A stretch of 64,000 bases of DNA. It comes from Octopus sinensis (Eukaryota). The DNA is taken from contig NC_043008.1 in the NCBI RefSeq assembly GCF_006345805.1, positions 25,854,001 through 25,918,000 on the forward strand. The letters are read 5' to 3'. Below are positions 38,508 through 53,149 of this stretch, in pieces. The number at the start of each line of letters is the position of its first letter. The first letter of the stretch is position 1. A program made the translations under genes and the position numbers. The notes below the pieces were generated by a model, which did no database searches, had not been told where the DNA came from, and worked only from the letters and a program-made list of their open reading frames with translations.

Positions 38508-38959
38508 TATTTATATATTATATACAAGGTGCATCAGTTTTCTGAAATCATTTCAATGAATTCAGAATTCATCAAATAAAAGCTGTATTTTAAAACTAAT
38601 TGTTACAAATATTCTTGAGAATCTTTTTATCCCAGCTATTTAATGAATCCACTGTTAGCATCAATGGTTGCTTCAATACATGGTTGGAAGTGTTGACATG
38701 CCTGAATCAGATAATCTTTATTAATTTTAGACTTTGTGCTGGTTATGGTAGTCTCTCCTGGTTATGGCTGGCTTGAGAGACTGTGTGATGGGGCTGTTGA
38801 TTGACCTTTCTGTCTCACTAGACCAGTGATTTGAGGTCTGATGAGCTAGGAGGTCATGTGTCTGGGAGAACATGATCATAGAGATTGGCACACATCCACA
38901 CTTAGCTTTTTTCTAACCTTATGAAATGTTGCAGTCTTGCTGGAAGATGTGTGGTCTTC

Positions 38960-39260
38960 GGTTATGTACCTTGAAAATTTAAATCCAGATATAACAAACA
39001 TATTTTAAAATTTGAAAGCCAGAAGAGACATACAACAGTCTCAGCATTAATCTGGAAGTTTAAAGACAAAGAGGATTAATTTTGACATCAAATGGAAAGC
39101 TCTTTCCATAAACCAAACCCTACATTAATAGGTCAAAATGATGTTCAACATATTCTCTCAAAAAACTATAGCCTTTAAAGAGCTTGAGCGCCTCCAATGA
39201 CTGTAAGTTTCAGGAACAAGATTTTTTCTTCATGTCTGCATTTAAAAAAATACGTCTTGG
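38960..39260 (+). mobile_element. Penelope-like GIY-YIG remnant
   Basis: FKSRYNKH..SALIWKFKDK..DIKWK..KPY; DNA similarity to 41985-42270. Confidence 0.65.
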
Positions 39261-39533
39261 TGGAATTTAAAGATAAACCACTAGACATATCTTAAAGCCT
39301 TCTCATCTCATTAAGTATTTTTAATATATGTTCATTGTAACATTGATTATCTTCCCTATGTTTTCCTTTCTCTTTTTTCGTTTTCTCCTTTTGAATGTTT
39401 CCTTTTCAAATGTCATCAATTTTAGAAACAGTTGGCAAACAGTCTTGTTTTTTCCAGCTTGCTAACTGGCAAAATGTATAAATGACAACCAGGAAACTTT
39501 GGGTAGTTGTGTTTCACAAGACATGTGATTTTC

Positions 39534-39577
<44 letters not shown>

Positions 39578-39593
39578 GCAAGATAGGTCAAGA

Positions 39594-40288
<695 letters not shown>

Positions 40289-40439
40289 ATATGCTATTAC
40301 AAGACCTGCATAAGACTCCTCACTCGTATCATTATCGAACCAAGAGTTTAGCTACAGTCATTACATAGCACTTACATAGCGTTACCTGCCACCTTGGGTC
40401 ATCTGGATACCAATACCTTTCATATATATAAAGAAAATT

Positions 40440-40960
40440 ATGAGTTAGAGGTTATTGTAAATGCACATAGCAACCACCCAAATTTTATAAAAAGAGGACT
40501 TGTCCAGGACATTAGTAAAAGAATTTTGTATCTCTCGTCTAATGAAGATGTGTTCAGTTAGTATAAGAAACATTATAACATTGCATTGGGAAAGGCAGGC
40601 TATAAGCAAAAAATTAAGTACCTATACTTGGAGCCTAATATAAATAGTCCAAATAACAAAAATGTCTATAATTATAATAATACTAATAATAGCTACGATA
40701 TCTATAATAATTATCATAAATATAATAAGAATAACAAAACAATAGTAGTAGTAATAATAAAAATAGCTGGAAGAACAATAAGATTCATATTAATATTAAT
40801 AATCATATTAACCATGATAACAATAATAATAGTAGTAATGATAAAAAAATAATAATAGCTAAAATATCTTCATACAACCTTAAAAATAAATGCTGCAATT
40901 TATGCATAAATGAGAAATTCTTCATTTTAATGGCCAAATCAGAATTGCTTAATAAACAAA
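40440..40960 (+). mobile_element. Internally deleted Penelope-like remnant (RT thumb, Asn-rich spacer, EN C-terminus)
   Basis: VNAHSNHPNFIKRGLVQDISKRILYLSSNEDVF..YNIALGKAGYKQKIKY aligns with 56440-56600; later AKISSYNLKNKCCNLCINEKFFIL. Confidence 0.75.
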
Positions 40961-41984
40961 ACGTAAAAAACACAACATATTTAATGAAGATAAATTCTTA
41001 TTCTCTAAATACTGCTACCTTACATTACTGTTTATTAGCTAACTTGTCTAACCTCTGATTACCTCCCTTTGACCCTTACCCTTAACTCATAGCACAACGC
41101 AATAGCATAGACCACAATTATATTTAATTTACTTTGACTAACTGAATTATTTATCTTAGATGTACTATGTACACCCAGAGCTACAATTCTCTTTAATATA
41201 TTCACATTAAAGTTAGATCACTGACTAACATACTAATTGCTAGTACTGCTATTAACGTAAATACAAATAACCAAAGAATTAACCTATTCTAGCTGAGTTG
41301 ATTTGTTTTAATTTTATTAATGAATAGTGAACACTGGCCACACATAACAACACTATTTATTTATTACACCTATTTACGTAACCCAGATTTATACCGTATA
41401 TCACACTTAAATTTTTAAGAGTGCCCTTTATTTCTAATTAAGGCATTATTTGTAATCGTAAGGACCTATCTAGTGGACTCAATCAGTGTTATAATGTTAT
41501 GATTAATGATACTTGGTATTACTACTAGGTATAACTCTTTTGACTAACACCACCGGTCAACTTGTTCTTTTACTCCCTCACTGCTCCATTCATCTACTTG
41601 AAGCAACTGTACACACACACACCATCTTTTAAGGATGCAAAAACGTAAGCCTAAAGACATGACGAACCTTTTCCTTTCTCCTTTTTGCCTTTTTCTTTTC
41701 TTTTTCTTTTTTCTTTTTACCTTTTTTCTCCTGCCACCCTTCGATCTCCTGTCAATATTCCTCTGGTAAACTTCAAATAATTTTGATGATGTTACATGGA
41801 ACGAGATAAACGCAAGTTTACCTAAAAAATAACTAACTGAAACAGCTGTAAATGTTATGTTATCTTAACCATAATTAAACTATGATCATTCCATATAACT
41901 ATCAGCTTCTAATTGTTACATGTTGTTCCATTTCTTCTCTTATGTACGTATGTATATATATATATAGCAATGCCTGGATCAGTG

Positions 41985-42270
41985 GAAGAAAAATTTAAAC
42001 CCAGATATAGCAACCATCTTTTGACCTTTAGGCCCCATACAAAGAAACATGCAATAGCCTTCTTGGCATTAATCTGGAAACTTAAAAAATGAAAATATCA
42101 GCTACAACATCAAATAGAAAATTCATTCCAAGATCAAACCTTATCTTAACAAGCCAATAAGATGTTTGATATATTCTCTTGAAAAATTGTATCTTTTAAA
42201 AATCTTAACAATCTCCAATGACAGTATAAATTCCTAGAGCAAGATATTTTCTTCATGTCCACAATTAAAA
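41985..42270 (+). mobile_element. Penelope-like GIY-YIG remnant
   Basis: KFKPRYSNHLLTFR..LALIWKLKK..NIK*KIHSKIKPY..RC..SLEKLYLL. Confidence 0.7.
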
Positions 42271-42619
42271 AAATACATCTCAGTTTAAAGCTAGACCACC
42301 AGGCACATCATAAACCATTCCAGTCTGGTTTATGTAATTTTGATACTTGTAAGATACTGATTATGTTTGCTGTAAGGTTGGCTATCTCTCTCGTGCTTTT
42401 TTATTAGTGTTTTTCTCTGTCTTTTTCTATATGCCTGTTCTCATTCAAATGGCAACTGCTTTGAAGATAGTTAACAAACTATCTTATTGTTTTCAACAGC
42501 TTAATAAATGGTGAAATAAATTCATATTTTGATAGATAAATTAACAGAGCTTATGATCCAAATGTGGCCTCAACAATTTAATGATGCAATAATTATTCAT
42601 CTATATAAGTATAAAGGTA

Positions 42620-43860
42620 ATAAGTGTAAATATAAGAATCCTCTTGGCATACTGCTGCTCTCTGTTGCAAGAAAAATCCTTCCCAGAGTCATCTTGCCTT
42701 GAATTAACACATACTTATTTGGTTCTGTCTATCCAGTGAGTCAGTGTGAGTTTTAGTTAGATCAAGGGACAGTGGATATGATATTTGTTTGCAACAGATT
42801 CAGAAAGCCTGAGAGCACAATAAAGACCTCTATATGGTGTTTGTTGACCTTACAAAGCTCTGTATATCAGTAGACTTTGTGGAAAGTACTTGCAAAGCTT
42901 GGGATTCCCAGGCAAATGCTAATTATCATTGTGTCCCTACATATAAATATGAAGGCATCTGTTCTCTCAAATGGCAGTCAGTCTTGCCTTTTGATGCTAA
43001 AAATGGTAGAAAACATGGTTGTGTATAGTCTCCAGTATACTAAAAATAGCACTATTTTTTATAGGAATATGGGATTATGCCTTTTCCGGTGTAGAAGAGG
43101 AAGTTTTTTTTTAAATATAGGACAATAGGAGTCATCTTCAACCAAAAGCATTTCAAAGCAAGGACTAAATTTGCATCTCAGACATTGAGAGACTTTCTGT
43201 TTGCAGTTGATTGTGCCCTAGTTGCTCATTCACTCAAGGACATCCAGCATATTCTTGATAGATTTGTAGCAACAGCCAGATCTTTTGGCTTAACTGTCAG
43301 CATAAAAAAAGGCTGAGCTGTTGTATTAGTTACATCCTGGTAACACTCTAGAAATCTTGCCCAGCATGTTTGTTGAAGGCAAAGATCTGAAAACTAACTG
43401 TTGATACTTTCACATATTTGGGTTCTACAGTAACAAGTGATTCTAAACTGGATAGGGAGGTCCAAACTCATATTAGAAAGGCTAGTACAGCTTTTGGAAA
43501 GCATTATGATTGACTCAGTAAGGACTAAAATCAAAGTATATAAGTCAGTTGTCCTAACAACTCTTTCATATGGAGCAGAGACTTGGACGCCTTATTGTAG
43601 GCACATCGACCAGTTGAATAACTGTTATATGAGATGCCTTAGGAAAATATGCAAGACTGAGAATGAAGAATAGCACTATCTTAGAAATGTGGGGACCATT
43701 TGGTTTAAAGGTTTTCTTGATGAAGCTTCATATGTGATAGTGTGGACACATCCCTCACTGGAATAGTGGTTGAATACGAAAACAAACCATTTATGGTCAG
43801 CTGGCAAATTCACGATGCAATGTAGGCCAGCCACTTCTATGGTTCAAGGAGAAATTGCCC
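42620..43860 (+). mobile_element. Degenerate RTE-clade LINE (RT) remnant
   Basis: GILLLSVARKILPRVIL, MVFVDLTK, LWKVLAKLGIP, RDFLFAVDCAL, FTYLGS and TKIKVYKSVVLTTLSYGAETWT. Confidence 0.88.
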
Positions 43861-43917
43861 ACTGGAAAAGAGAGTGCTTTTCTCTGCTTCAAAATGTCTA
43901 AACTCAAAGGGTACACT

Positions 43918-44129
43918 CCCTCTTTACTTGTTTCAGTCATTTGACTGTGGCCATACTGGAGCACGGCCTTTAGTCGAGCAAATCAACTTCAGATCTTATT
44001 CTTTGTAAGCCTAGTACTTATTCTATCAGTCTCTTTTGCCAAACCGCTAAGTTATGGGGATGTAAACACACCAGCATCGGTTGTCAAGCAATGTTGGAGG
44101 GACAAACACAGACACACAAACACCCCCCC

Positions 44130-44161
<32 letters not shown>

Positions 44162-44205
44162 CGATGGGCTTCTTTCAGTTTCCATCTACCATATCCACTC
44201 ACAAG
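43918..44205 (-). mobile_element. SINE family A, 3' two-thirds
   Basis: CTTTACTTGTTTCAGTCATTTGACTGTGGCCATACTGGAGCAC ... CCACTCACAAG. Confidence 0.88.
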
Positions 44206-44329
44206 TAATGTGAGTGTGTTGCTGATTGTTTATTTCACTGATATGTGCTTAATATGAACAGTATAGTTCATAATTTTAACTAATGAAGATGACATATATC
44301 AGATTCAATCCTTGATTAAGTAAAAATGA

Positions 44330-44640
44330 AAACAGCCATATTTCTTTTGAAAGTATTATATTGCAATGCTTCACAAGATCTGTGTATTTCATTTATAGTT
44401 GTGATAGCAATGTCTTTATAATGCAGAATGATATCTCATTTGCTCTGTGGTTTTCAATTCATGATGACAGTAACCGCTTTGCATTCAAGTGCAACAAATC
44501 ACTTTGCAAATTCTCCAAACTGCCTGTTGTGTTTATGGCACTTTGCACTTTGAAACTGCAAATGAGTAACAGACTAAAGACATACTCCTTACATAACTGT
44601 TCTTTGCATGGATCATATCTTGAAGTTTAAGAATTTATTC
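44330..44640 (-). pseudogene. Possible hAT (Charlie-like) transposase remnant
   Basis: IHAKEQLCK and QSDLLHLNAKRLLS resemble CIIHxEQLC and GDLLYHTxVRWLS. Confidence 0.3.
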
Positions 44641-46003
44641 AAACCCTGTGCCTGGTGAGATAGTGTTCCTATTATGTGTCTGGCATAAACAAATTTCAGC
44701 TGCAGGGAAGGGGGCTGAAGTAAACCAATCTTGTGGGAGACTTCCTTTGTACCACAAAGGTTGATGCGTTTCTTATTTTTCTGATGATGCTAGTTCCAAT
44801 GGACGTTACTTTGAAGGCAGAATTATATTTTCTGATGTTCTTCAAACAAATGCATGAATTCTTCAGTAGCAGCAGTAAAAAGCTGTTTTATGTACTCTGG
44901 TGCATTAGCAAAGACTGGTAGATTATCTTTCCCATAAGAATAATGCATTGTATTTGCCTTCTTTTGCTATTTATTGGTTAAGCGTTTCTAACAAAATTTG
45001 GACATGGTAGATTCAGTATCAGCCTCAACTTTTCTGCAAGTTGTATTCATGGCAGATTTGTTGCAGTCATGCTTGGGACTTTTTATTTGTTAGAGCTGCC
45101 TCACAACACACACGTGTTTGAGAGCAGGATACATAATTTTAGTGGCATCATAGATGGAAACAAATTATAAAAACAATTGTAAGCAAGAGTCCTTTCCACT
45201 TACACTAGGAAGTAATTTTTTTTTAATGACAACGGAACAATCAAGAAAGCTACATTGATGTGGTAGAAGGATATTAACACTGTCTGGAGCTTCCCTAAGA
45301 TTAAAGAGAAATTTGGCAAACTTGTATGAGAGGTAGTTAGTGTTGCAAAATAAAAGGAGAAATTATGAAAGCTACAAGAGAAAGAAAGAAAGGAGATAGA
45401 GAATAAAATAAGTGTCCAGCCAAGCAACTACAATTTTCTTCTTTTCATATTCCATTTCTCTTTTATTTTATATTTTTTCTTCCTCTCTTGTTTTACTCTA
45501 CTGATAGAGATTCTTGCAATTAAGATGCTAGCAAATTGTCATCAGGAGTTGTAAGTGTTCAGAAAAGGACAGGGGAAGGGGAGAAATACATTGCAATATT
45601 TATGACATTGTTCAGAGGTTAAGAGGAAAACAAACTAAAGTTCTAAGAGAGAAAAAGAGAAGGATATAAAAATGAGAATCAAATATCAAGAGAAAGAGAG
45701 AAAGGGAGAGAGAGAGAGAGAGAAGGTAGGGAGCAGACAGACAAACAGTCAGCATATGACAGAAGAAAGAGAATGATGAATGGGAAGAGAAATAAAACAG
45801 AGAATCTGAAGTGAGGCAGCAGTGGATGAACAAATGAATGCTACATAAAAACGAGAATACAATAGGAGCATCAGTTTCCTATGCACAAAATTTTAAATAT
45901 ATATATGTACATCATCATCATTATCATCATCATTATTTACTGTCCCCCTTCGATACTGGCGTGAGTTGGACGGTACATATATATACTGCTCCCTGTATAT
46001 ATA

Positions 46004-46793
46004 CAGGGTGCAGTGAATAAGCTGTCATCCAAATTACACAAAAATGAAAATAATACTGACATCTCATTTAAACAGATATATTTACCAAAATTACATAAAA
46101 ATATCTTAAAATACTAAAGTGTAAATTTATTCAAGTTGGTGAATGCTGCCATAATCCTTGCCTTCAGTTCATCCTGGGTGTTACAAGGAGTTTTGGTGGT
46201 CACTTGTTCAACTGCACCCCACACATAATAATCAAGGGGATCGCAGTCTGGGAAGTTAGGTGGCCAGGTGTTAGGGGTGATGTCGTTGCAGAAATTCTCT
46301 GACAGACTTGACTGGGTTCTCCTGCTTGTGTGGCATGGTGCAGAGTCCCATTGCCAGACATCGAGTCTTCCAGCAACTACCCTCTTAAACCAGGGTGGCA
46401 CTACCTCCTCCAGTCACTTGATGTAGGCCTCTGTGTTAAGTCTGGGGCCTTGTGGGAAGATGAATGGAGGCATAATGTTGCCATCACTAGTGGTCACTCC
46501 AAACACCATGATGTTGACTAGTTGTTTGATTTTTATCACTTTTGGTACATGTCTCAGATTGATATCCAAACACTCTGAAATATTCATACTAAAGCTTCCA
46601 TAGTGAATGCCAAGCAGTACAGCAAGTCGTTTCCAAATTTCTGGTCAAGTGAATTGTGACATGGTGCTATTTTTGTCACAGATGGTGCCCAACTTACCCT
46701 ACTATACTGTGTAGTTGACAAAATCAAAAGCAAACTATGTGCATGTGTGAAATTAAAAATATAAAATAGCGACAATTTACCCATCACACCCTG
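46004..46793 (-). mobile_element. Internally deleted Tc1/mariner element, maT-like (DD37D)
   Basis: TA|CAGGGTG ... CACCCTG|TA ends; transposase C-terminus WQWDSAPCHTS..WPPNFPDCDPLDYYVWG with 37 residues between the second and third catalytic Asp. Confidence 0.88.
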
Positions 46794-47184
46794 TATATAT
46801 GCATATGTATGTATGTGTGCACATAGTCTTCATTTCAACTTCTGCATGGTCTTCTTCTCCAGATACATTTCTGGTTCCTTAGCCTTCCTCATTAGGAGGT
46901 ACTAAAAACAGATTACACAGAGTTGATCAGAAAGCTTTATTATACAATGGTCAATACCAGTGACTGTCTTATGTTCACCAACTGGCTGTTCAGACAAATA
47001 CATTAGTAGTAGTATAAAACAGTGATGAGAAATAAACAAACTTCAGATTAGTTCAAATATATTTGAGGCATACTTTAACTTCTAAAAGCAATTTCACTGC
47101 AGTGGAGAAAAAGATGTCATAAGCATAGTACTGACAGTTCTATTATAAAACTGTGGTTTTCTTATCAGCTCAGAGTTATCTTGC

Positions 47185-47448
47185 TTTGGAAAGCATTATG
47201 ATTGACTCAGTAAGGACTAAAATCAAAGTATATAAGTCAGTTGTCCTAACAACTCTTTCATATGGAGCAGAGACTTGGACGCCTTATTGTAGGCACATCG
47301 ACCAGTTGAATAACTGTTATATGAGATGCCTTAGGAAAATATGCAAGACTGAGAATGAAGAATAGCACTATCTTAGAAATGTGGGGACCATTTGGTTTAA
47401 AGGTTCTCTTGATGAAGCTTCATATGTGATAGTGTGGGCACATCCCTC
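47185..47448 (+). repeat. 264-bp near-identical local duplicate of 43493-43756 (decayed RTE fragment)
   Basis: Base-by-base comparison gives 2 mismatches; the copy shares the same premature stop. Confidence 0.95.
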
Positions 47449-47674
47449 TTACTTAGGAAGACTAAGGAACCAGAAATGTATAGGGGTCCAAAAGAGTGCT
47501 CCATTGAGCTGATTACGGTGTATTTACATCTTTCACCATAAGCAAGAATTTTTCTACACAATAAACTACAATGAAATTGACTTTGGTAGTTAAAATATGC
47601 CACAAGTATATTTGTATATTTCAACTAAAGTTTGCTTACCTTCTCATCATTTGTTTGTGCTACTTCTACTAATG

Positions 47675-47711
<37 letters not shown>

Positions 47712-49417
47712 CTATATATATATAGGGCTAAGTTGATATGAATGTTTGAGGTTTGATGAGTCAGAATTGCCCTTAATTTACTAAAGGTTGAAATGGCTGT
47801 TTTGCTATACACTCTATTGAACCTTCTGTTATATAAGCATTTCAATATAAACATATTTCTTTGTTATATAAACTATTCATTGTTATACATAAATTCGTAT
47901 CTTTAAGAATTTATATCCCATAATAGAAAACTAATACATTTGTGTAAAATTAATAACCTTCAGTGGTGTTCGAAATTAAAAAAACACACCTTAATTAAAT
48001 TAATTTAATTAAAATAACATGATTTCTAACCATGATTATGTGTTGAAGATGCTCTTTCTTTTTTTCGTTCTTTCTTTCTCGTTTTCTTTTCTCTTTTTTC
48101 ATTTTACAAATAGGTTTCAAATTTCAAACAAAATGATAACAATAAATAGTCCAACAAGAAAAATTTATGTTACATAGAAGTACCAGCACATAATTAACTG
48201 TTCATTATACTTAAGATTATTATCTATTATTAGCATATATATAATAGGATTATTAATATTATTAAATGATTCAATGTTACTCAATGCTAGCAAAAGGGAC
48301 TATTTTCTTGGAAGTGATGTAAAAATAAACAGATTTATCCCTACTAACATAATTTATGAAAGGTAAATATGGGACACTGAAAATTTCTGTATGGTTGCAT
48401 GCTTTTTAATTACTGTATTTTTGTTTTACTTTTGGAAATCATCACTTTAAAGTCGAATGTTATTCCTACAACAAACCACTCAATCATGAATGTGAATTAT
48501 TTTTTTATCCAATTAGGCAAACTGGAGCAAATAGATTAATGGCTGTAATAAAATGTGTACTTATAAGCTTGTAGACAGTAAAGAAGTACCTTTACCTAAC
48601 AGCTGTTAATGTTATTTCAGTATCATCTCTCAAAGGGAATTATATAGTTTCCAGCTTTAATACCAATACCATTGAAAGATAAAGAATATATGTTTAATTG
48701 AATAACAAGTGCATATAAGCCTATAATATAATAATTGCATTTATAATAATTGATTAGTTGTTAGTTCACCTTCAAAATGTTTTGCATGCCATTCCAGCGT
48801 TTTGTTTATTAAAATATTGTTTACCCCTAAGGTTACAACATCAGAAGTCCATTATTGTAAATCGCGTTATGTCTGATTAATTACTATTAAACTGAGTTGA
48901 ATTAAAATATAGCTAAAAGTCATTTATGTCACAAATCCTAACATTGAAACAATTCTAAACAACTAACTGACAAGAAAAATGACGAATATTTTCATTTATT
49001 TCAATCCATATAACACTCTATAATTTTGACTTATTATTCAACTGAGCTAATCAACTAGCAAATGATTTTGGCTTCTTGTTGTTGTTTCACTATGGGTTAG
49101 CCTTGATTGAACAGGTTAATGATTAAAGGCATTCCATTCATGACCATCCTGTTTTTTGTTTACAGGTATCTGGGACAGATTTGCTCAATATATTCTTTCT
49201 TTTTTTTAGGTGATGGAATAAAATTTCAGAGAAATGACACTGCTATTTCTATCAGGTCAAGTGACCACTTTGAATCTCATGTGTTAGCTTTATATCTTGT
49301 AATGATATTGACAGCTGGGAAACAACAAGTAGCTACCACTATATTTCAATATTTTGATATACAAACCAACATCTGATATTTTTCTTATTCACATTTGGGT
49401 GCTGAAGAATTTTAAAA

Positions 49418-51780
49418 AGTCTTCATTTCAACTTCTGCATGGTCTTCTTCTCCTCCTTTTTTCTGGGTGTGGTGCAAACTCTATCAATTTGGTATTCTAT
49501 CTATTGTCCTTTCTTCTAAACACATATCCTGCAAAAGATCATTTCAGAGTTTTTATTTTCCAGGTAATATCTGTTAAACTGCTGCTCCACTTTTCCTGTA
49601 TTTCTCCACTTACCCATTTTGTTAATCTTCAACAGTCTCGTTTTCATAGTCCTTTGGGTTGATCTTAATTTATTTTCAATACTCCTGTAGGTAGTCCATG
49701 TTTCTGATGCATACATAATGGTAGGCAGCACACATTTTTTGAAGACCATTCTTTTTAGACACATGGGCAATTTACTGCTCATGATGTAATTCAATGTACC
49801 AAAGGATGCCTATCCTAATTGTATTTGTCATTTAATTTCTTTGGTCTGATCCTTTAAGCATATAATTTGTTCAAGATAGCTGTATTGGTTTACATGTTCA
49901 ACTATTTTATCATCTATTACTTCATTTCTGAATCCACATATCTTGCTTTCTTCTTTTAGTTTTCTGTTGGATCTTTAATGCTTCTGGAAATGAGTACAAT
50001 ATGGTCAACAAATCTGTGATGATTTAGCATGCATCCTTTATCTAATCAATACAATTTTTTAAAAACCTTTACAAATACAGATTTGCATAATTTGAGTGAT
50101 ATGATGTCTTCTTGTCTGACTCCCTTACCAATCTTGACATGAATCACTTTACTGATAATAGTTGCTGTACTTCTGCAGTTGGTGTACACATTCTCTGATA
50201 ATTTCATGTAGTCTCCTTCACTTTCCATCTCCTCCAGCGCTCTTAATGTATCATCAGTTTCCATGGAATCAAAAGCTTCTTCAAAATCTACGAATGTTAA
50301 GCATAATGGTATGCTGTAAGTTTGCTATTTTCCCTCAGTTGGTATATAGCAGTTATGTAATCAATTGTACAGTAGATTTTCCTGAAGCCTGCCTGTCCTG
50401 CTGTAGTGTTCTCATCCAGCTTTCTCTCAAATATTGCTGATTTGAGAAGATCTTGTAGGTGTGTGATAGCAGCATGATTGGTCTGTAGTTCTTAAGAACT
50501 TTGTGGCATCCCTTTTTTTTTTTTTTATAAAGAAGGATCAGTTCAGAACTTTTTTCCTTATCCAGTATCTTATGTATACGTAGGCGTTTTGTATATAGTT
50601 TAACTATTTCTTTCTCTGTACTTGGTTCAACCACTTTTATTATGTTTATTTCAATTCCATCTAGACATGCAGTTTTATTGTTTTTCATTTCTTTTATAAC
50701 ATTTCTAACTTTTGCCTCCAAAATGTCTGGGAAACTTCTTTGTTTGATTGATATAAGTCAACACAGAATTCTCTTATTCTTTCTAGCATTCTTTTCTCTG
50801 TGAATTGTTTTCCATCTTTGTCATTTAGCTTAATGAATGTGTTGTGCCCCATCCTTTGCTTAGTTTCTTTGAAGACTTTAGTTGTTTCCAATTGTTTCCT
50901 TAATCATCTCCATATTTGACTTACTTTTTCTTTTATTTTCTCTGAGTTTTTTCCTTATTGTTTTACATAATTCAGTATAGTCAATGTTTTGTGCAAATGA
51001 GTCTTGTTTCATTGTTTTTCAGATATTCATGAGAATGATAATACCTCTCGGTAATGTTTGGTCTTTTGCCTTTTTTTCTGTTCGATATAGTCCTTGGCTG
51101 TGTTTTTATTGTCTCAGTTATAATATTCATTGTCTCCTTGGTTTTGCTATTGTCTGTCTTGTTCCAAAGTGTATCAAATCTATTTTTCAAGGCTAACTGG
51201 AACTCTGAGACTTTTGATATGAGGTTTTCCATGCAAGTTCTTTGTGACTTCCTTAGTTTTTTGTTCCTTTCTTTAGTTGTGTTTATTTTTATTTTGCATT
51301 TGACAAGTCTTTGGTCACTTCCAGTGTTCACTTCATTGGTAGCCATCATATACTGAACTATATTTTGGCCACTTGAAAGTAGGAAATCAAATATTTTCTC
51401 ATTCTGTCCCTTTTCTGGCACTTCTTTTAATAAAAAAGATACTGTTCTCATTTTTTTTGTAACATGTGAATTGAAATAGTCTTTTTGCACTTTCACTTGT
51501 TAACCCAGATACATAATCTCCAGTAACATTTTCACTTTTATTATTCCTAATGTCCACCTTTGCATCAAAATCGCTTATCAATAAAGTATGGTTCGCTTTT
51601 CTTGGATGGCACTGTCAAGCTGCCAGTAAAATACCTCCATCTCTTCATCATCACTGATACCAGTTGGTGCATTAACTTGAATAATGTTATTTTTGTCATT
51701 TCTGTTCAACTTGATGGATATTTTAATTATCCACACATCCAATGCTTTGCAATTGATAACATTTCTAGCTTATAGAACAC
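49418..51780 (-). mobile_element. Long degenerate RTE-clade LINE (AP endonuclease + RT)
   Basis: ISDFDAKV, EVNTGSDQRLVKCKI, NYRPIMLLSHTYKIFS, FVDFEEAFDS, KGVRQEDIIS and CVLPTIMYASETWT, spread over many frameshifts. Confidence 0.9.
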
Positions 51781-52669
51781 CTAACGAGAAACATATAGAC
51801 ACACACCTTTACTCAAATATTTTGTGAACATCAAAGCACAAGAGAAACAATTGTATATACCAACAAAGATTTGACATGCCTGACTAATAACCCACACAAG
51901 AAATAACTTAAATAACAACAACAAATAAAGAAATGACCAGCCTAAAATTACCACCTACCAACATTCTTTTGTAGAAAAAAAGTGGTCACACCCAATTACT
52001 AACTGCTCAAACACTGGACATTGTACTTTTGATGTTTACCTTGTCAATGCAAAAGATTTAAATCCAATAACACCAAAAGTAACAAAAATGCTGTCACACC
52101 TTGTATCTATCTAACAAAAGACAAACATCTACAGGATTGTTTACAAAGTTCTACATACATAAACAATAACATAAGCCCAAATTTAATCAATTAAAATTTC
52201 TTCAAGGCACCTCTCCATAACAACCAACCATAAAAACCTAATTACCACTCCACTCAAAACCATCCATCCAAAGAAGATTTTAATTCAACAGAGACTATAT
52301 AAAAGTAAGACTAACTCTAATACATTATAGTCAGATGACTGAAGCTTCAAAGTCATTGTTAACAAGATTCTTGTTAACGAATAATAAATTTGTACTCAAT
52401 AAAAGTATAGAGTAACCCATCAGATTAATGTAATTTTTTTTTTTTATAATAGAACATAAAAACAAACATTAATATATATATATATACCTATAATTCAAAA
52501 CTTTTAAACTGTCATATACATTATATATTTATACTTATACATATTTACATATATTTTCATATATATTTATATTTGTAATACAACAATTATTTTACACACG
52601 TATATATCTTTCTGAAGAATTTTCTAATATTGATTTCTTGATATTAATAATAATATATTATAAAATATA

Positions 52670-52671
52670 TA

Positions 52672-52747
<76 letters not shown>

Positions 52748-52749
52748 GG

Positions 52750-52810
<61 letters not shown>
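52670..52810. repeat. Compound (TA)n-(GA)n-(GATA)n microsatellite
   Basis: Direct reading. Confidence 0.95.
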
Positions 52811-53149
52811 GTAAACACACATATTCATAAATATAACAGTAAAGGCAATAAAGAACAAAGGGACTAAGGGAATCAAGTATTTTACAAATTTTTGAACATA
52901 AAGATGTGAATCAATGTGATAGTAAGCAGCAAATAAGACAACGTAACTTATTAGTTGGTAAACCAAGAAATGCTAAGTTCTGGAGGTAGGTGATCAACAA
53001 AGTCAAACAAAAGTATAAATTACAGATTGTTATAAATATTATTTAGTACTTAAGTGAGATGTGGACACTCAACTAAGACACAAAGTGTAGGTTAAATAAA
53101 TGCTAATAGATTAGGGATTAAGTAGTAAGTAATTCAAAGTATATCAGAT

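Noticed and set aside
52335-52400. CTGAAG..GTTAACAAG-ATT-CTTGTTAAC-GAAT hairpin as a hammerhead
   Set aside because: The hairpin is real, but the core is interrupted, GAAA is absent, and stems I and III cannot be formed convincingly.
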